A stretch of 64,000 nucleotides of DNA, from contig NW_003314393.1 in assembly GCF_000143415.4 (NCBI RefSeq), forward strand, positions 191,175-255,174. Direction: 5' to 3'. Position numbers and translations under genes: made by a program. Positions within the stretch are counted from its first letter, which is position 1; each line of letters starts with the position of its first letter. This DNA comes from Selaginella moellendorffii. Lineage: Eukaryota > Plantae > Lycopodiophyta. Below the pieces are notes generated by a model. It had not been told where the DNA came from, ran no database searches, and worked only from the letters and a program-made list of their open reading frames with translations. Of this stretch, positions 39,601 through 52,583 are shown piece after piece.

Positions 39601-40790
39601 CGCAATACACGGGACACCCTTGAGTAGTGCGGCTCGAAAGAATAGTCCGCCGCAGTTGTACTCGACAACGCATTTGCCCTTGGAGTCACCCGCTATTGCG
39701 TTGAAGACCCAGCTGAGCATTTCCCATGCTGCACCTGGAGCTTTCTTTGGATTCGAAAGCTCCATAGCCGTCTTCAGTTCCTCAGGCACGGGTAAATTGA
39801 CCTCCCTCAGATCAATTCGATCGGCTTTGTTGAACGAAGCTGGGAAGTCACTCCAGTCCCACTTTGCTGCAGGACCAATAACAAGAGCGACTGTGAAGAT
39901 GCGGACATTCGTCAGTATCTTCTTCTTAGCCATTATCCCATGGATCTCCCGCATCTCCTTGCCTTTCAACCGAGCCTTCACCTCGTTCAAGGCCTTCCAG
40001 AACTTGTGATAGGATTCGGAGTCGTAGATCATATAGTGGACTGAAGATTCCACCTCCGCAAGTCCCACCATTAAGTCAATGATGGAGCTGACTTCGTCTG
40101 CATGAGTGATCTCCTCATTTGTGAAGTCCATCACACAAAAGATGTTCTTGACCTGCTCATCTCCGCGGGAAACGATGCTCCTCCACCTTTGATCCTCATC
40201 CGAATTCACGTATGCCCGGTAAAGTTCTCGATAGGCCTCTGTTGCGGGGTCGAGCTGTTTCTGAAGCCGGCGGTCGACATCCCTCTTAATGAAATTTGGA
40301 TACTGATCCAACTTCTCAGCTTTACTTTTCGTGGCATCCCGCATCAGATCGATGAACTTGGGGGCCCCCTTCACGTAGTCGTCAATGTCTTCATTTGACA
40401 AGTCCAGCTCTTCCATCATCTCTTGCGTGGTGTCGATGCTCACCCTCGCCACGGCCACTTGCTCGAAGATCCAATCCTTCAATAGCGCACGAGCTCTCAG
40501 AGTCGTGCACAAGTCCTCGTATGTCACAATATGGCCGGGAGTCATTTTGGTCTTGTTGAAGACTACCTCACCACGTAGAAGAGCATTAGCCACTGTCAGA
40601 AGGTCATCGTCGTCTAGAGACCGCGAGAAACACAAGGCGTTGAGCTTCAAATCATTGGGCTTCCGGCCGTCCTGTACACGCCATCTGTAACCGGACTGCA
40701 CTCGAGAGCCCAATCGGTGCATGCCAATGTTGCTACTGAATGGCATGTGGCCTCATGCCATTTTCTACTTGGCCTAAAAGACTTACCATT
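36694..40790 (-). pseudogene. Multi-exon cargo gene: degenerate amino-methyltransferase-like domain, acidic linker, FCP1/NIF-like HAD phosphatase; one in-frame TAG at 39535-39537; 5' end unresolved
   Basis: GT-AG mini-introns join ORFs 39535-40746, 38448-39053, 37572-38201 and 36694-37578 in frame. CIVFDLNGVL, LGVWTS and IIDDSPIK are FCP1-like. KCVVEYNCGGLFFRAALLKGVPCIAV resembles MTase motif I. Confidence 0.7.
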
Positions 40791-43722
40791 TGAAGCCGAA
40801 TGGAGGCCGTGACAATCGAGGCCGGACTCGCTGGCGAATGTGCACTGTGTGTGCAGCGGATCGTAGCAGCAAGGCTACTCTGCCACTTATAGTTGGAGAG
40901 TGGTGCTGAAATCTCCCGGGACGCCAAGTTGGCTGCGTGTGGGTGGCGGAGTGGGCAGCGGAGTTGGCGGCGAAGTTACAAACTGGGTGTGTCTTGAAGT
41001 GGACGCCGATGCACACGAGCGCGATGTGAGCGCGAGTGTGATGCAAGCGCGAGTGGACGCCGATGCACACGAGAAACCTGTAGAGAAGTGAGTGTGATCG
41101 CGAGTGGGAGCGCAATGCGAGCGGGAGCGCGAGTGTGATGCGAGCGCGAGCGCGAGTACAAAGCAAAATGCAAAACCTAACCTCACACGCGCGAAATGTC
41201 ACAACGGTTGGTAATCCCGCCACGTCATCATTCCTCGGACTTGGGCGCCACCATTAATTTCTGGATTGCCGCGCGCATGCAAGCACGCAAAATCCAAAAG
41301 AAATCTGCAACGTCATCATTCCTCGGACTGCATGCACGCGAAATCCAAAAGAAAGATCATGATTGGGATATCATTTAATACCCTCGCTATATTTATACCA
41401 TGCATGATTGGATATTCCAAAGCATCTTGTATTTCCAAAAATGGCAGATGTTCAGCTAAATAAAGAAATTCTATCTGTTTCTATTTTTCTCTCAAATCAA
41501 TATTATAGCGTGTGGGCTCATGCAATTTTGAACCAAAGAAACCCAAAAAACGTTGGACCCAAAATATTTTGAAAAAACCCAAAAAACCCTAAACATTTTA
41601 AACCCAAAAATCCAGGCGTCCTGTGGCGTTATTCCTTGAATGGCGTGTGGGCACATGCCATTTTCAGGGCCAAATGCTGAATGGAGAAAAATTCCCTTTC
41701 AGTGCAAATGTTGCAAGAGGCAGATGCCGAGCACAAAGGACTGTAACTACCTCACATTACACAGATAAACTTTTCTCTATTTGGCAAAGATAAACTTTAT
41801 AGCGTGTGGGCTCATGCAATTTTGAACCCAAAAAATGCACCAAAAAATTCTCGGCGTCATCTGGCGTTATCTCTTGAATGGCGTAGGGCCGCATGCCATT
41901 TTCAGGGGCACATAGGAGTATATTCCTAGGATATTCTGACACGCGTGAGATTTTTTTGAGTTTTCTGGAGATCCAACCATTAGATCGCAACTAGATTTTA
42001 CAGAATGGTATACAATGTCTTTCTTGATGACCCTGCAAAGAAGCATCTCGATCGGACACCACATGAGACCACACGAGCCTTACAATGTTTCAGGGGCATT
42101 TGCCATAGATCCGACCGTTATTTTGCTCCAAGATATTACAGTTTGGTGTGCATTGACCTTTCCATCGACACTACAAAGGGACATCACAATCAGATGCAGG
42201 ATTACAAGAAACTAACTTCACTAACTCTGGTTTCACCAAGATCTACGTAAGGAGTTATGAAATGAAAGGACCCTCTCTATTGAAATGTGTTTATGGTCCT
42301 AGGGGCATTGTGACATATCAAAGGATTTTGCATCAAGTTCTGTATTTGCATGTTTATCAAGCTACTGAATTGCTAAACCCTAAACCCTAAACATGTGGCA
42401 AATGCTGTGTGAAGAAAGATGCCCTTTCTGGGCAAATGCTGTAAGAGGCAGATGCCGAGCAGATGTATCACAGGCTAGCAAAGGGGACAAACGAAAGGTA
42501 GCTATAAACATGACGGGATGCAAATAGATTACTAGGCTGGTCCTACGAAAATCAAAAACCATAATCGAAAACATTGAAAATGCAAAAAGAAAGGTTTATA
42601 ATAATTTTGAATTTTAAGCAACCAAAGGAATGTAAGTAGGGCATGTGTTTGTAAGTTTAAAAATGCCTCAACCACTTAAATTCCCAAGTAAATAAAGCTG
42701 TTTCTATTTTTGGTACAGGTAAACTTTATAGCGTGTGGGCTCATGCAATTTTGAACCCAAAAATGCACCAAAAAATGCTCGACTAGCATTATTCTTTGAA
42801 TGGCGTGTGGCCTTATGTCGAGCATTATTCTTTGAATGGCATGTGGCCTTATATTGCCATAAATGGACGTACACACACAGCATAATTATTCCTTTACACG
42901 GCAAATAATCTTGGCGCGGATCGCTGACATGGCATGGCAAAGTTCGAATCACTGACATGGCACAGCTGGATCGAGGCAAGGACATGATGTGACAAAGTTC
43001 AACCTCCCACAGCAAAGTCTAGAAGCTACTCAGTTTGAAATTTGTCAGAGGAATCATAAGATCTGGTTTGTCAAAGGATTTGATGTGACGTTCAAGCGTG
43101 TGTTATTTTTGAATTTTCGAACTCATTCCTAGGTCTATCATTTTTGTGCGCCGTGTTCTTGGTTCCGCTGAGCGCAGTGAGCGCTGCTTGTGTAAGCGGC
43201 GTTGTGGGCTGTGGTTTATGCGTCTACGAGCGGTTGCGACATTGCGAGCGCCATTGCGAGCGGCAGTTTATGCGAGTGGCAGTTTGTGCGAGCGGCGCTA
43301 CGAGCAGTTGCGGTGTTGCGAGCGGCGCTACGAGTAGTTGCGGTGTTGCGAGCGGCACTGTCTTTGGTGTGGCTACCGCTTCCTTTTGATATTCGGCACT
43401 TGTGCTTCCTGGTATGTTCACCATGGAATGGCTTAGGACCACATTTAGAAATGGCATGAGGCCACACGCCATCTTGGGCCCTTGCAATTTCATGGCTAGC
43501 GTATTGTCATGTATTTTTTTACTTGCCTGCAGCTGTGTGTATATCAAGATGGCATGAGGCCTCATGCCAATTTTGTGAATGCGAAATTTCACATGGGTGT
43601 CAGTAGCATGTTTGAATAATGGCATGTGGCCTCATGCTATTGAGGTTGTTTGGTATGTTATGATTTAGGCCATTCTCCAATCATTTTTTGTATGGTCTTA
43701 ACTTCTTTTCTGCACTTTCAGA

Positions 43723-46700
43723 ATGGCCTTCAGGGTTAGGGAAAAGGTTTACATTTTGAATGGTGGGAAGAGAGTTGCAAAAGGGACCCTTGTGTCTATG
43801 GATCGGAACTTTGTTATACACTGTCAAAGGCTTGGGGAAGGCAATGCTACTGTATCAGTAGAGACTGTCTTCGATGGGAATGTGGTCGCTATTGAACGAG
43901 GAGAGATGGTCGTCGGGGTAAATGTTGTTGTTGCCTTAAAAAATCTTCAGAAGAAAGCAGATGTTGGGGACAGCGCAAGTGCGACGCATGTTCCCTCCGT
44001 GGATCTTAAGAACCGTGCTACATGGATTCAGGCAAAGGTGTTTCTAAACAACCCCGAGGGGAAGGTGGTAGCTGAGGGCTTAGCCACAGTTGTCGATCCA
44101 AGAGATGCGGTTGCTAATCAAGAATTGGGCTGGGATGATATTGGAGTTGCGATTTTAGAGGTTGTTGACACAGAAGAAAACAGTCTGACTATTGGAAGCA
44201 TTGTGCGGTGGAAATTGAGGCACTTAGTGTTTGAGAATGTGAAGGATTCACAATCAAACACCACTACAACTGATGACAGAACATCTATTCATGGGAAAAG
44301 AAAGTACACCTTCCTAAAGCGCAGCCAAAGGGATCTGAGCAACGAACCGAAAAGGCAGAAAATGGCGATGGAGGTTTGAATGGTCTCGACAGTTGCTTGT
44401 TGCAAGAGGAGGTGCTGTCAACATGCTGATTGGGATGCTATTGAAGAGGAGAGAGCAAGATACAAGACATTGTCCTGGAAGGCAGCTCGCAATTTTGTGT
44501 ATGAGGCATTACGGTCATCTGTTAATGCTTCAGAACATCAGGTGGGGGGCATGGTCTTCCAGAGGGGTTTGGTCTGCACGAAGGCATGGAGAATCATTTA
44601 TGGAGTCCCTCGAACCACATTCTACAGAATCAAAACTGAGTTCGAGGAACAAAGGGTTCAACAGGCAGTCCATGGGAACGACGGTACGCACAAAACCAGG
44701 GGTCATGTTGTATATGGAGAGGCAATCTTCAAGAGGTTTGTCGAGACATGTAGTGAGCAGCAACCACATAAAACCCGCCTCTTGGAAAATGGAACACGAG
44801 ACACCCAACGAGTTCTCCCTTCCATGTATACCAAGGGGGCCATATTGGAAGATGTGAATCGGGAACTCCAGAGTAATGGCTACAGGAAGCTGAGCCAATC
44901 TAGATTTAGTAGATTGTGGAGCAACAGGTTCAGGGATGTGAGTATAGGAAAGTACTCCAGCTTTTCAAAGTGTGACGAGTGCACTGCTATCAAAATGGCT
45001 TTGTCGAAGAATTCTTGCAGCGCTCAAGAGCGAGAGACGTTGGTTAGAAGGCGGCTCGACCACAACATTGAACAGAGAAGCTGCAGAACTGCATATTATC
45101 ATAACAGGATTCTCTCCATGGAGAGACCTGACTCTTACCTCTGCATCATCCACGACAAAATGGACCAGAAAAAGACGTGCTTACCTCGACTCAATCCTGC
45201 CCCCAAGGCAATCTCTTCATCCATGCAGCTGCCTGTGTCTTTGTTTGGCATAATCGCTCATGGGCATGGTGCCCAGAACTATGGGAACTTCTTTGTACCT
45301 CTATGGGGTGGCGGGGGTGCAAACATGATGATTGCGTCCCTAGCAAAACACTTAAGGTCTCTGCAAAGTGCGCAAACTGAGTTGAACGGCCAACCCTTGC
45401 ATAAGGCCCTTGTCGATCGAACCCCATACAGGGTTCAGCTGGAGGAGGAGCAAAGGCTTGCAGTATCGCATGGGGCCCCATGCCATCCCAGTGAATATGT
45501 TGGCCGTCAGATTGTAGGGTTATCACGTGAGGCCTCATGCCATTCCGACGAGGCTGGTCGCCCGGTGAATGCACAGCCTCATCCAAACGAAGCAGAATCT
45601 CAAGGAAGTTCTTGCGGCCGATGTGGCCTTCCACCCCATCTTCTGCTCCAAACAGACAATGCTGGCAGTGAGAACAAAAACATGTACGTCTTCGCGTACT
45701 TGGCGATGCTTGTTGCCAAAGGCATATTTGAAACGATTACACTTGGCTTTCTCATGGTTGGGCACACTCATGAAGACGTCGATGCCATGTTCAGTCACCT
45801 GGCAGAGTCCCTCCAGCAATCCAATGTCCTCACCCTCCCACAACTCTACGATGAATTCCAAAATTGCATCAAAGGCACTGTTGAAGCTGCACTTCTGACA
45901 GAGGTTCCAGACTTTAAGGGGTTTGTAAGAGGCTACATCAGGGACGGATCCGAAACGCTGATTGGCCACTCCAAGCCTCTTCAGTTTCATTTCAGCATGT
46001 GTGACGGTGCTCCAGTGATGAGGTACAAGATGAGAGAATGGGACACAGTGTGGCTGCCAGTGGACGGCATTGAACTCTTCAAGAGAGATCCCATAACTAG
46101 GGAACCTATGATTCCTCAGGGTTCCCCACGGCCGATGCACCCGGATGGACTCAAAGACCAGGAAAGTATAGTGGCCGGGATTAGACAGCATATTGCCTTC
46201 TGGAAGAGGGGGTTGGTGTTTGGTGGAGAATCCTATTTTCAGAGGTGCAAGCCTTTGCTCGAATACTGGGAGAAGATTATATCTGCTATCCAAAATGGGC
46301 CAGTTGTATATGAAGAATTGGAAGAGTCCTTTTGGCCAGAACCCAGAGCACCAGATAGTAGCGGAACAATGTCCTCTGGAAATGCAGTGACAGATAACGA
46401 TGTTGAGGATCACTATTGTGGGCCGAGGAACAAGAAGCCGGATTCAGCATTCAATCCAGTACAGGTCTGCAAAGGAATGGTCGTGCTTGTCAGACCCAGT
46501 AATAAAAAACAAATGATATGGGTGGGGCGCTGCATCACTGATGCAGAGGAGGACGTGGAAACTAACTCCTTCAATGTAACTGTGGAGTGGTTCAAGCCAA
46601 GTTCTGGATATACGAAGGATTGCCTAGAAAAGAGATGGGTGCTGAATCCAAGGGATCCCAGCATGAGCATATCGGTGGATAATGTTGTGCATGGTTGGAT

Positions 46701-46864
46701 GCGAAAGCAGAGTGCCACCATCACCTTGCCAGACCATGCAAGAGATGCAGCAAGAACATTCATAACCCGGGTTCAAGGTGAGATTCATGAATATTCCTTT
46801 ACTAAGTTTCTAATGTATTTTATTTCAAGGTGAACAATCCGAATCTGAATCAGAGGAGGCGTGA
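43723..46864 (+). pseudogene. Sola-like DDD transposase with an in-frame TGA at 44377-44379 and a last intron at 46778-46829
   Basis: CCKRRC, CTKAW, FSKCDEC, IIHDKMDQKK, LQTDNAGSENKN and FLMVGHTHEDVDAMF. ORFs 43723-44379 and 44380-46833 abut in the same frame across one stop. Confidence 0.85.
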
Positions 46865-48418
46865 TGGCATGTGGCCTTACGCCATTCCTAGGTGAGATGA
46901 TATAAATAACAAGTATAAATTCTTAGTTGTTCTAGCAAATCTTACTTAAAGTTCAAGGTGAACAAGCCGAATATGAATTCATCGGATTGTTATAACAAAT
47001 TGCGAGGTGATGGCATGAGGCGATACGCCATTTGAGAGTGGTAGCCATTCCTATATGAGGTGAGTGAAGTATTTATTAGAAATACCTCATTCAATTGTGC
47101 ACTTCTAAGTCTTGGTCCACTTAGTACTGTTTGCATGTTTTTATTTTAATTCTTTCTCTAAAATGTTATTTAGCATGTGGCTTCATGCCATTGCTCTCCA
47201 CAATCATGCATTGAATTTCTATCCTTGCATAATACTTCTCCATATATATAGCATGTGTGCACATGTGATATGGTTCATTAGGCCTGATATAGTGTGTGAG
47301 GTAAAACAAAGATGATGTGACATATGCATTTACCAATCACACGTGCATAAATCTAATAATATGGCGTGTGGTCCATATTAATGGCACATAAACCCATATT
47401 GTGGGCTTACGTGCTTTATGTACCATCATTCCCTTGCAGCGTGTGTGTTGGTTTCCTTTTATAACACAACGAACTCCATATTTTAGGGTGAAGAGCGTTC
47501 TCATGGCAAGCACAAAATCTGTAAGTGAGGCAGAAAAGGAGACGGAGAAGGAGATAGGTGAAGATGTAGAATATATAAGTCTTCCAAACTCCCCGTACTA
47601 TACTCCAGGTGATCATTTTTCTGAACAAACAGCAACATTAACAACTATCGAGAACGCCCCAGAAACGTCAAAGACAACAATCCAAAGCAAAACAACTGAC
47701 CCGGAGAAGGATGATAGTACCGCTGAGAGTACCAAAAAGGAGGTGTCCACTAGCACTTAGGCTTATAATGGCGTGTGCCCTCATGCCATTTACTTGATCA
47801 CCAAATACCTTTTTCCCTTTGCACTAGTATATCTTAATACTGGTTTGAGAAATAGAATGGCATGTGCCCTCAGGCCTTTTACTAAATCACCTTTGAAAGA
47901 AATGCAAGCCTCTATGTCGTAAAAAAAAGGTACTAGAGAAATTCCTTAATAATATGAATGTTATTTAGTTTCATGAAAATACACTAAGGGTCAAATGAGT
48001 TAAATGACTTCTCCAGACTAGCAATGCCTCTTGCTACACCTTCACAATTAGATTCGTTAGAAAAAGATAACATTGAATAATATCTAAATGTTCTCACCAT
48101 TAAGTTATATGTCTGGCTAATAGGAATGACGTTCATCTTGGAAAGCTCACCACACGCTCAATGAACAAACAAATAGTGTGTGCGCGCATGCCATCGCTCT
48201 TCTTTAGCTTCAGATTCGGCTTGTTCACCTTGACAATGAGATTTATTATACAACCAGATGGACTCAGTCTGGACATAAAGTCACCGCGCTAGTCACCATG
48301 CCCCAGATATGTCTAGCCCCTGGACAAAAAACATATAATTTCACGTCATTTTCAAATACTTGAAAATTTGTACCTAGTCCCATTTTACTGAATAAATCCC
48401 ACTTTAACAAAATAGAGC

Positions 48419-50266
48419 ATCTTGCTAAAAACAAGATTATCGTCTAACAAAATCTCCACAAACTCATGAAGATAAAGCCCAAATACCGCCGTCATCAACC
48501 AAGTAAATGTGGCTGATGCATTCATCAAACCAAACGGCATAACTGTAAACTCAAAATGTCCGAAGCTTGTATTGAATGCCATCTTAGAGATAGATGCATC
48601 ATCCATTGGAATCTGATGATATCCACTCCTCAGATCAATCTTGGTAAACACTCGTGCTTCACCAAGCTTGTCCAGGATATCATCCACACATGGCATCGGC
48701 ATCTTGTCCTTCATTGTCTTCTTGTTTAAAGTGTGGTAGTCAATACACATCCATATTGAACCGTCCTTCTTCTTCACAAGCAAGACTAGAGCACCAAACG
48801 GAGACTTACTTAGCTGAATAAATCCAAACTCAAGTAACTCCTTGACTTGTCGTTGAACTTCTTGCTCCTCTGCATAACTTAACCGAAATGGATGCCGGTA
48901 AATTGGCCACGTCCTCAGCTCCAATGTAATCCCATGCTCCACACCTCGTAATGGAGGCAACCTATGAGGAAGTTCCTGTGGAAAAACATCAGAAAACTCA
49001 TCTAGTACATCCCGTACTGCTGCTTCTCCCCCATACGTGCCTTGGTCCCCCAAGTCATGAACAAACAGCAAGTAATTCGAAAGTGCTTTTCCATTACGAC
49101 AAGCCCGCTTCAAAGATGTAGCAGAGAGCATAACAATTGGTGGTTGAACGCCCTTGCCAAACCACACATCTTTAACGCTATTATACTCTAGCGAGATACA
49201 CTTAATACTCCACTTTATCTCGGAATCCACCTTCACCAACCATGGCATCCCAAGAATGAGATCCACACGATGGATATCCGCGAGATAAAAGGTCTCCACA
49301 AGTGTGGTTTTGCCAACCAACACTTCCAACCCCTCGACATAAGCATCGAAATGTTGAGTAGAGGTAATTGCACCTTCCACTGTGTGTGGAAGAACTCCGC
49401 ATGTGACTAGGCCATGCTCCGCAAGAAACTTTGCCGAAACAAAGTTGTCATCGCTCCCACTATCCAGTAAAATCCGCACTGGATCGCCACGGAACACGCC
49501 CTCCAGCATTAAAGCTGATTCACGCATATCCTTAAGCTCCATCTTGTTCCACACAAAGTTGAGCTGACGAGCAACGATCAAAAGTCGCTTCCTCCGACCG
49601 GAATGGTCGTTCTCCTCATCCTCACATTGCAAAGTTTGCAACTTTTTAGTATCTGACTTACCGTGAGAAGAAGATTGGCCATTCTTCTTGTCTTGCTGCT
49701 TGTTCTTCAACTGTGGACAATCAACTTTATAGTGTCCAAGTTCACCACAATGATGACAACTCTGTCTATAATTCTTCACAAAGAACTTCTGCTTCTTGGA
49801 CCCCTTTGCATCTAAAGTAGTGCTACCCCGTCCAGCCTCGAGTGCCTCAATATGCCCATGCATGGTATCCATCATGCCATGCATCTCGTCTTGCATCTCT
49901 TGTTGATTTTGATTAAGATCTCGCAGTTCATGAACCACATCTTGAATGGTCCAAATCTCCGCAGCTTCGTCGGCACCATCATCGGCACCACCATCGACAA
50001 TAGGATTCCAGTGTTCAACTTGGTCGGCCATCGGAACCAACTCCTCTAATACCAATGTTATGATCTAGCGCAAAAAGACATGCTACGCCACCTCTTGAGG
50101 TTCCTCACCACCCAACCACCCCCAAGCTACCTCAAAAGCTCCACTGCGCCGCCGCTCCACTATGAGCCCTAGGGTAGGTTAAGTCCCCCACCCTATCATG
50201 CCTTAATATACCCTTGAGCCTCCCTTTGACCGATGTTGACCATGTAGTCAAAGCTGGTGCCTAACA
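48419..50266 (-). mobile_element. Truncated gypsy element: 5' LTR 50056-50266, PBS, internally deleted gag, PR, partial RT
   Basis: CHHCGELGHYKVDC, LLDSGS, IDLRSGYHQI and LLDD. The RT is cut exactly at the TIR at 48418. Gag capsid is missing relative to the copy at 1-356. Confidence 0.9.
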
Positions 50267-52583
50267 ACGGGCCAGATAGAAAGGTGGTACCAAATGCTGG
50301 GCAGAATGATGCTCCTAGCTACAACCACTCTCACTGGCAAACCAAGTTTTCAAGGAGCCCACTACTGGATTGACGTTTGTATCCTTTGGAGCAAGGTGTT
50401 ATTCTGGAGTGCTGGACTGAATTGGGTACCAACCTGGATTCCTAAGTACCTAGTGTCCTCTCCTGGTTTGAGCCACTAGAAGCCGATGTCCTGACCCCAA
50501 GATTCAATGCCTGGCTGCCCCCAATTTATGCCCATTGATTTGTTCCAGTTAATTGCTGCACCAGCCACGAGGTTGAAAGTCTCCAACGCCTTCTTGGCTG
50601 CATCCAGGTTCTCCTTGGTCGCGAGTAGGAACAAGGCTGTGTCATCTGCGAATGCTCCATCCAAGAGTTCTTGAGTCACTCTTGTGGTTCGTGGAAGTTG
50701 CTGTCTCGCCACCGGTAAGGTAAGTCCTTTGATGCGCCTGCCTTCTACAAGAAACATGCCCAAGGCCTCAACCACAATCAAAAAAAGATAGGGTGCAAGT
50801 GGACACACTTGGCGTACCAAGCGTCCCAGCTGAAAACTCAGTTCTGTCTCACCGTTGATTGTGACTCTGCTTGCAGCTCCTCTATACAGTAATGAGGTCC
50901 TAGCGACCATCTCTCTTGGGATGCCGATCGTATGCATATACTCCTCTAGGAACCTCTAGTCCACACAATCGTAGACCTTCTCGAAGTCCAATAATTACAC
51001 TGCAATTTGTTGGTCAAAGGTCTCTACCCATCTCTAAGCCAGCAGGTACGTCCATATATTTTCTGCGATTTGCCACCCTGGAACGAACCATGTTTGCTAC
51101 TCCCAGATGATCAACGGCATAATAGCTTGGAGCTTGAGTGTCATTGCTTTGGCATAGACCTTGTAGGACGTGTTGAGCATGGTGATTGGCCTCCAATTCC
51201 TCAATTTCTACAAGTCCCCCCTCTTTGGGATAAGCGCAATCTAGCCCTCAAGGATCTCGCCAGGCAAGGCCCCATCATGTTGAGCATCCTGCCATGCTTG
51301 CAGTAGCAACAGGCCTATAGTCTCCTAGTGCTCCTCAAAGAAGATGGGCAAGAGGCCATCAATACCTGGCTGCTTGTCATTGCTGAGCTTCTCAAGTGCT
51401 TCCCGAAGCTCCACTAGTATGAAGTCCATCCTCAGTGAGTCATACCACTCATGAGGGACACGCCAGGGAAGGGACGCAAGCACTTCCACTGCTACCTTCT
51501 CTCTTTCTAGAGTCCACCCCTGGGATGTGTATAATGCTTGGTAGAACTCCTGGGCAAGCCGTTGCATTCCCGATTGATCCTCGATGACCCTCCCATCGCT
51601 GTGTTTCAGTCCTAGGATGGGAGGAAAGTCAGTCACTGGCCTGATTCCGTTAAAAAAAGCCTTGTTGAGAAGGCATTCATTTAAGGCCCATCCATCTTCC
51701 ATGGCCTAGAGACCCATGGTCCATGCTACGTACTCCAGGTCACATAGCTCAGCTTCCCATTCATCTAAAATACTGCTTGCCACTTGTGCTCATTTTGCAT
51801 GTTCAGCAACATCCTACGTGCTGCTGCCACCTTCTGCCTGGCTAGTCTTAGGTCCTTCGTCGCCGCTCCTTTGAGGTCCTTTTGGCATGCTCGGAGCTTC
51901 TGGGAGCAAGACAGGAGCACCAAGATTAGCCCCATCTTGTCCTGTGCAAGAGTGTCATGTATAAGCCCGATTGCCACCAGGTCTTGCATCATTGCTCTTG
52001 CGATTGATCATTGGACTGTTGTCCCTTTGTCCCTTTGAAGCTTGATCACACAACGGAGGGGGTCATGATCTGAGAAAGAGGTGAAACCGAGCCATGTTTT
52101 GAGGCTTCCCCCATCCTGCCGTATGCAAGGTGAGGCGTAAATCCAGTCCAGTCTCGACTAGGAGGTCACTGTCTGCCACCTTGTAAAATGGTGAGCATGA
52201 GGTGTGAATCCCACAGCATGTTGGAGGTCCATGATCCTCAGTACATCCACGAGCTGACTCTACTGCTCCCGCTCATGTAGCTGAATTTTTTCCTGCATTC
52301 CCCTACTATCACAGATGTCCTTGACCATGTTTAAGTCTCCTAGGACCAGCCATTCATCTACTTGCCCCTGGGCAGACTGCAACATGCTCAGCCAGGAGCC
52401 CGGGTAGGTTTTGAGCTCATGAGCTCACAAGCTGAGCTCACGGCTTCTCAAACACAAGAAAAACATTGGTTCATCCCGAACCAACATCTTTCCATTCTTC
52501 AAATTTTGATTTAATCTATATTTCCAAGTAAATTCGACTAATAAAATACAAATATAAATATAGATCCGAACACTAAAAGCAAT

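Larger units (their letters stand above)
36639..48193. repeat. Dispersed 20-bp palindrome TGGCRTG-N6-CAYGCCA (~26 copies)
   Basis: Copies at 36639, 37716, 37791, 39033, 39224, 39365, 40741, 41506, 41641, 41800, 41879, 42729, 42801, 42837, 43452, 43550, 43620, 45466, 45523, 46865, 47011, 47171, 47362, 47769, 47858 and 48174 (some degenerate). Confidence 0.9.
36267..48418. mobile_element. Large Sola-like (DDD) DNA transposon with 25-bp TIRs and a cargo gene
   Basis: Left GCTCTATTTCGTTAAAGTGGGAATT (36267-36291) vs reverse complement of 48394-48418 GCTCTATTTTGTTAAAGTGGGATTT (23/25). The right end truncates a gypsy RT. No TSD found. Confidence 0.85.

Noticed and set aside
42374-42391. Interstitial telomere
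   Set aside because: Only about two units; better read as a telo-box.
47401-47760. 119-aa ORF in the right arm of the Sola-like element
   Set aside because: GTG start, low complexity, no recognisable motif; cannot be supported as a gene.
36639-48193. Palindromic repeats as a CRISPR array
   Set aside because: Irregular spacing (tens to thousands of bp), located in introns and CDS, eukaryotic context, no cas genes.
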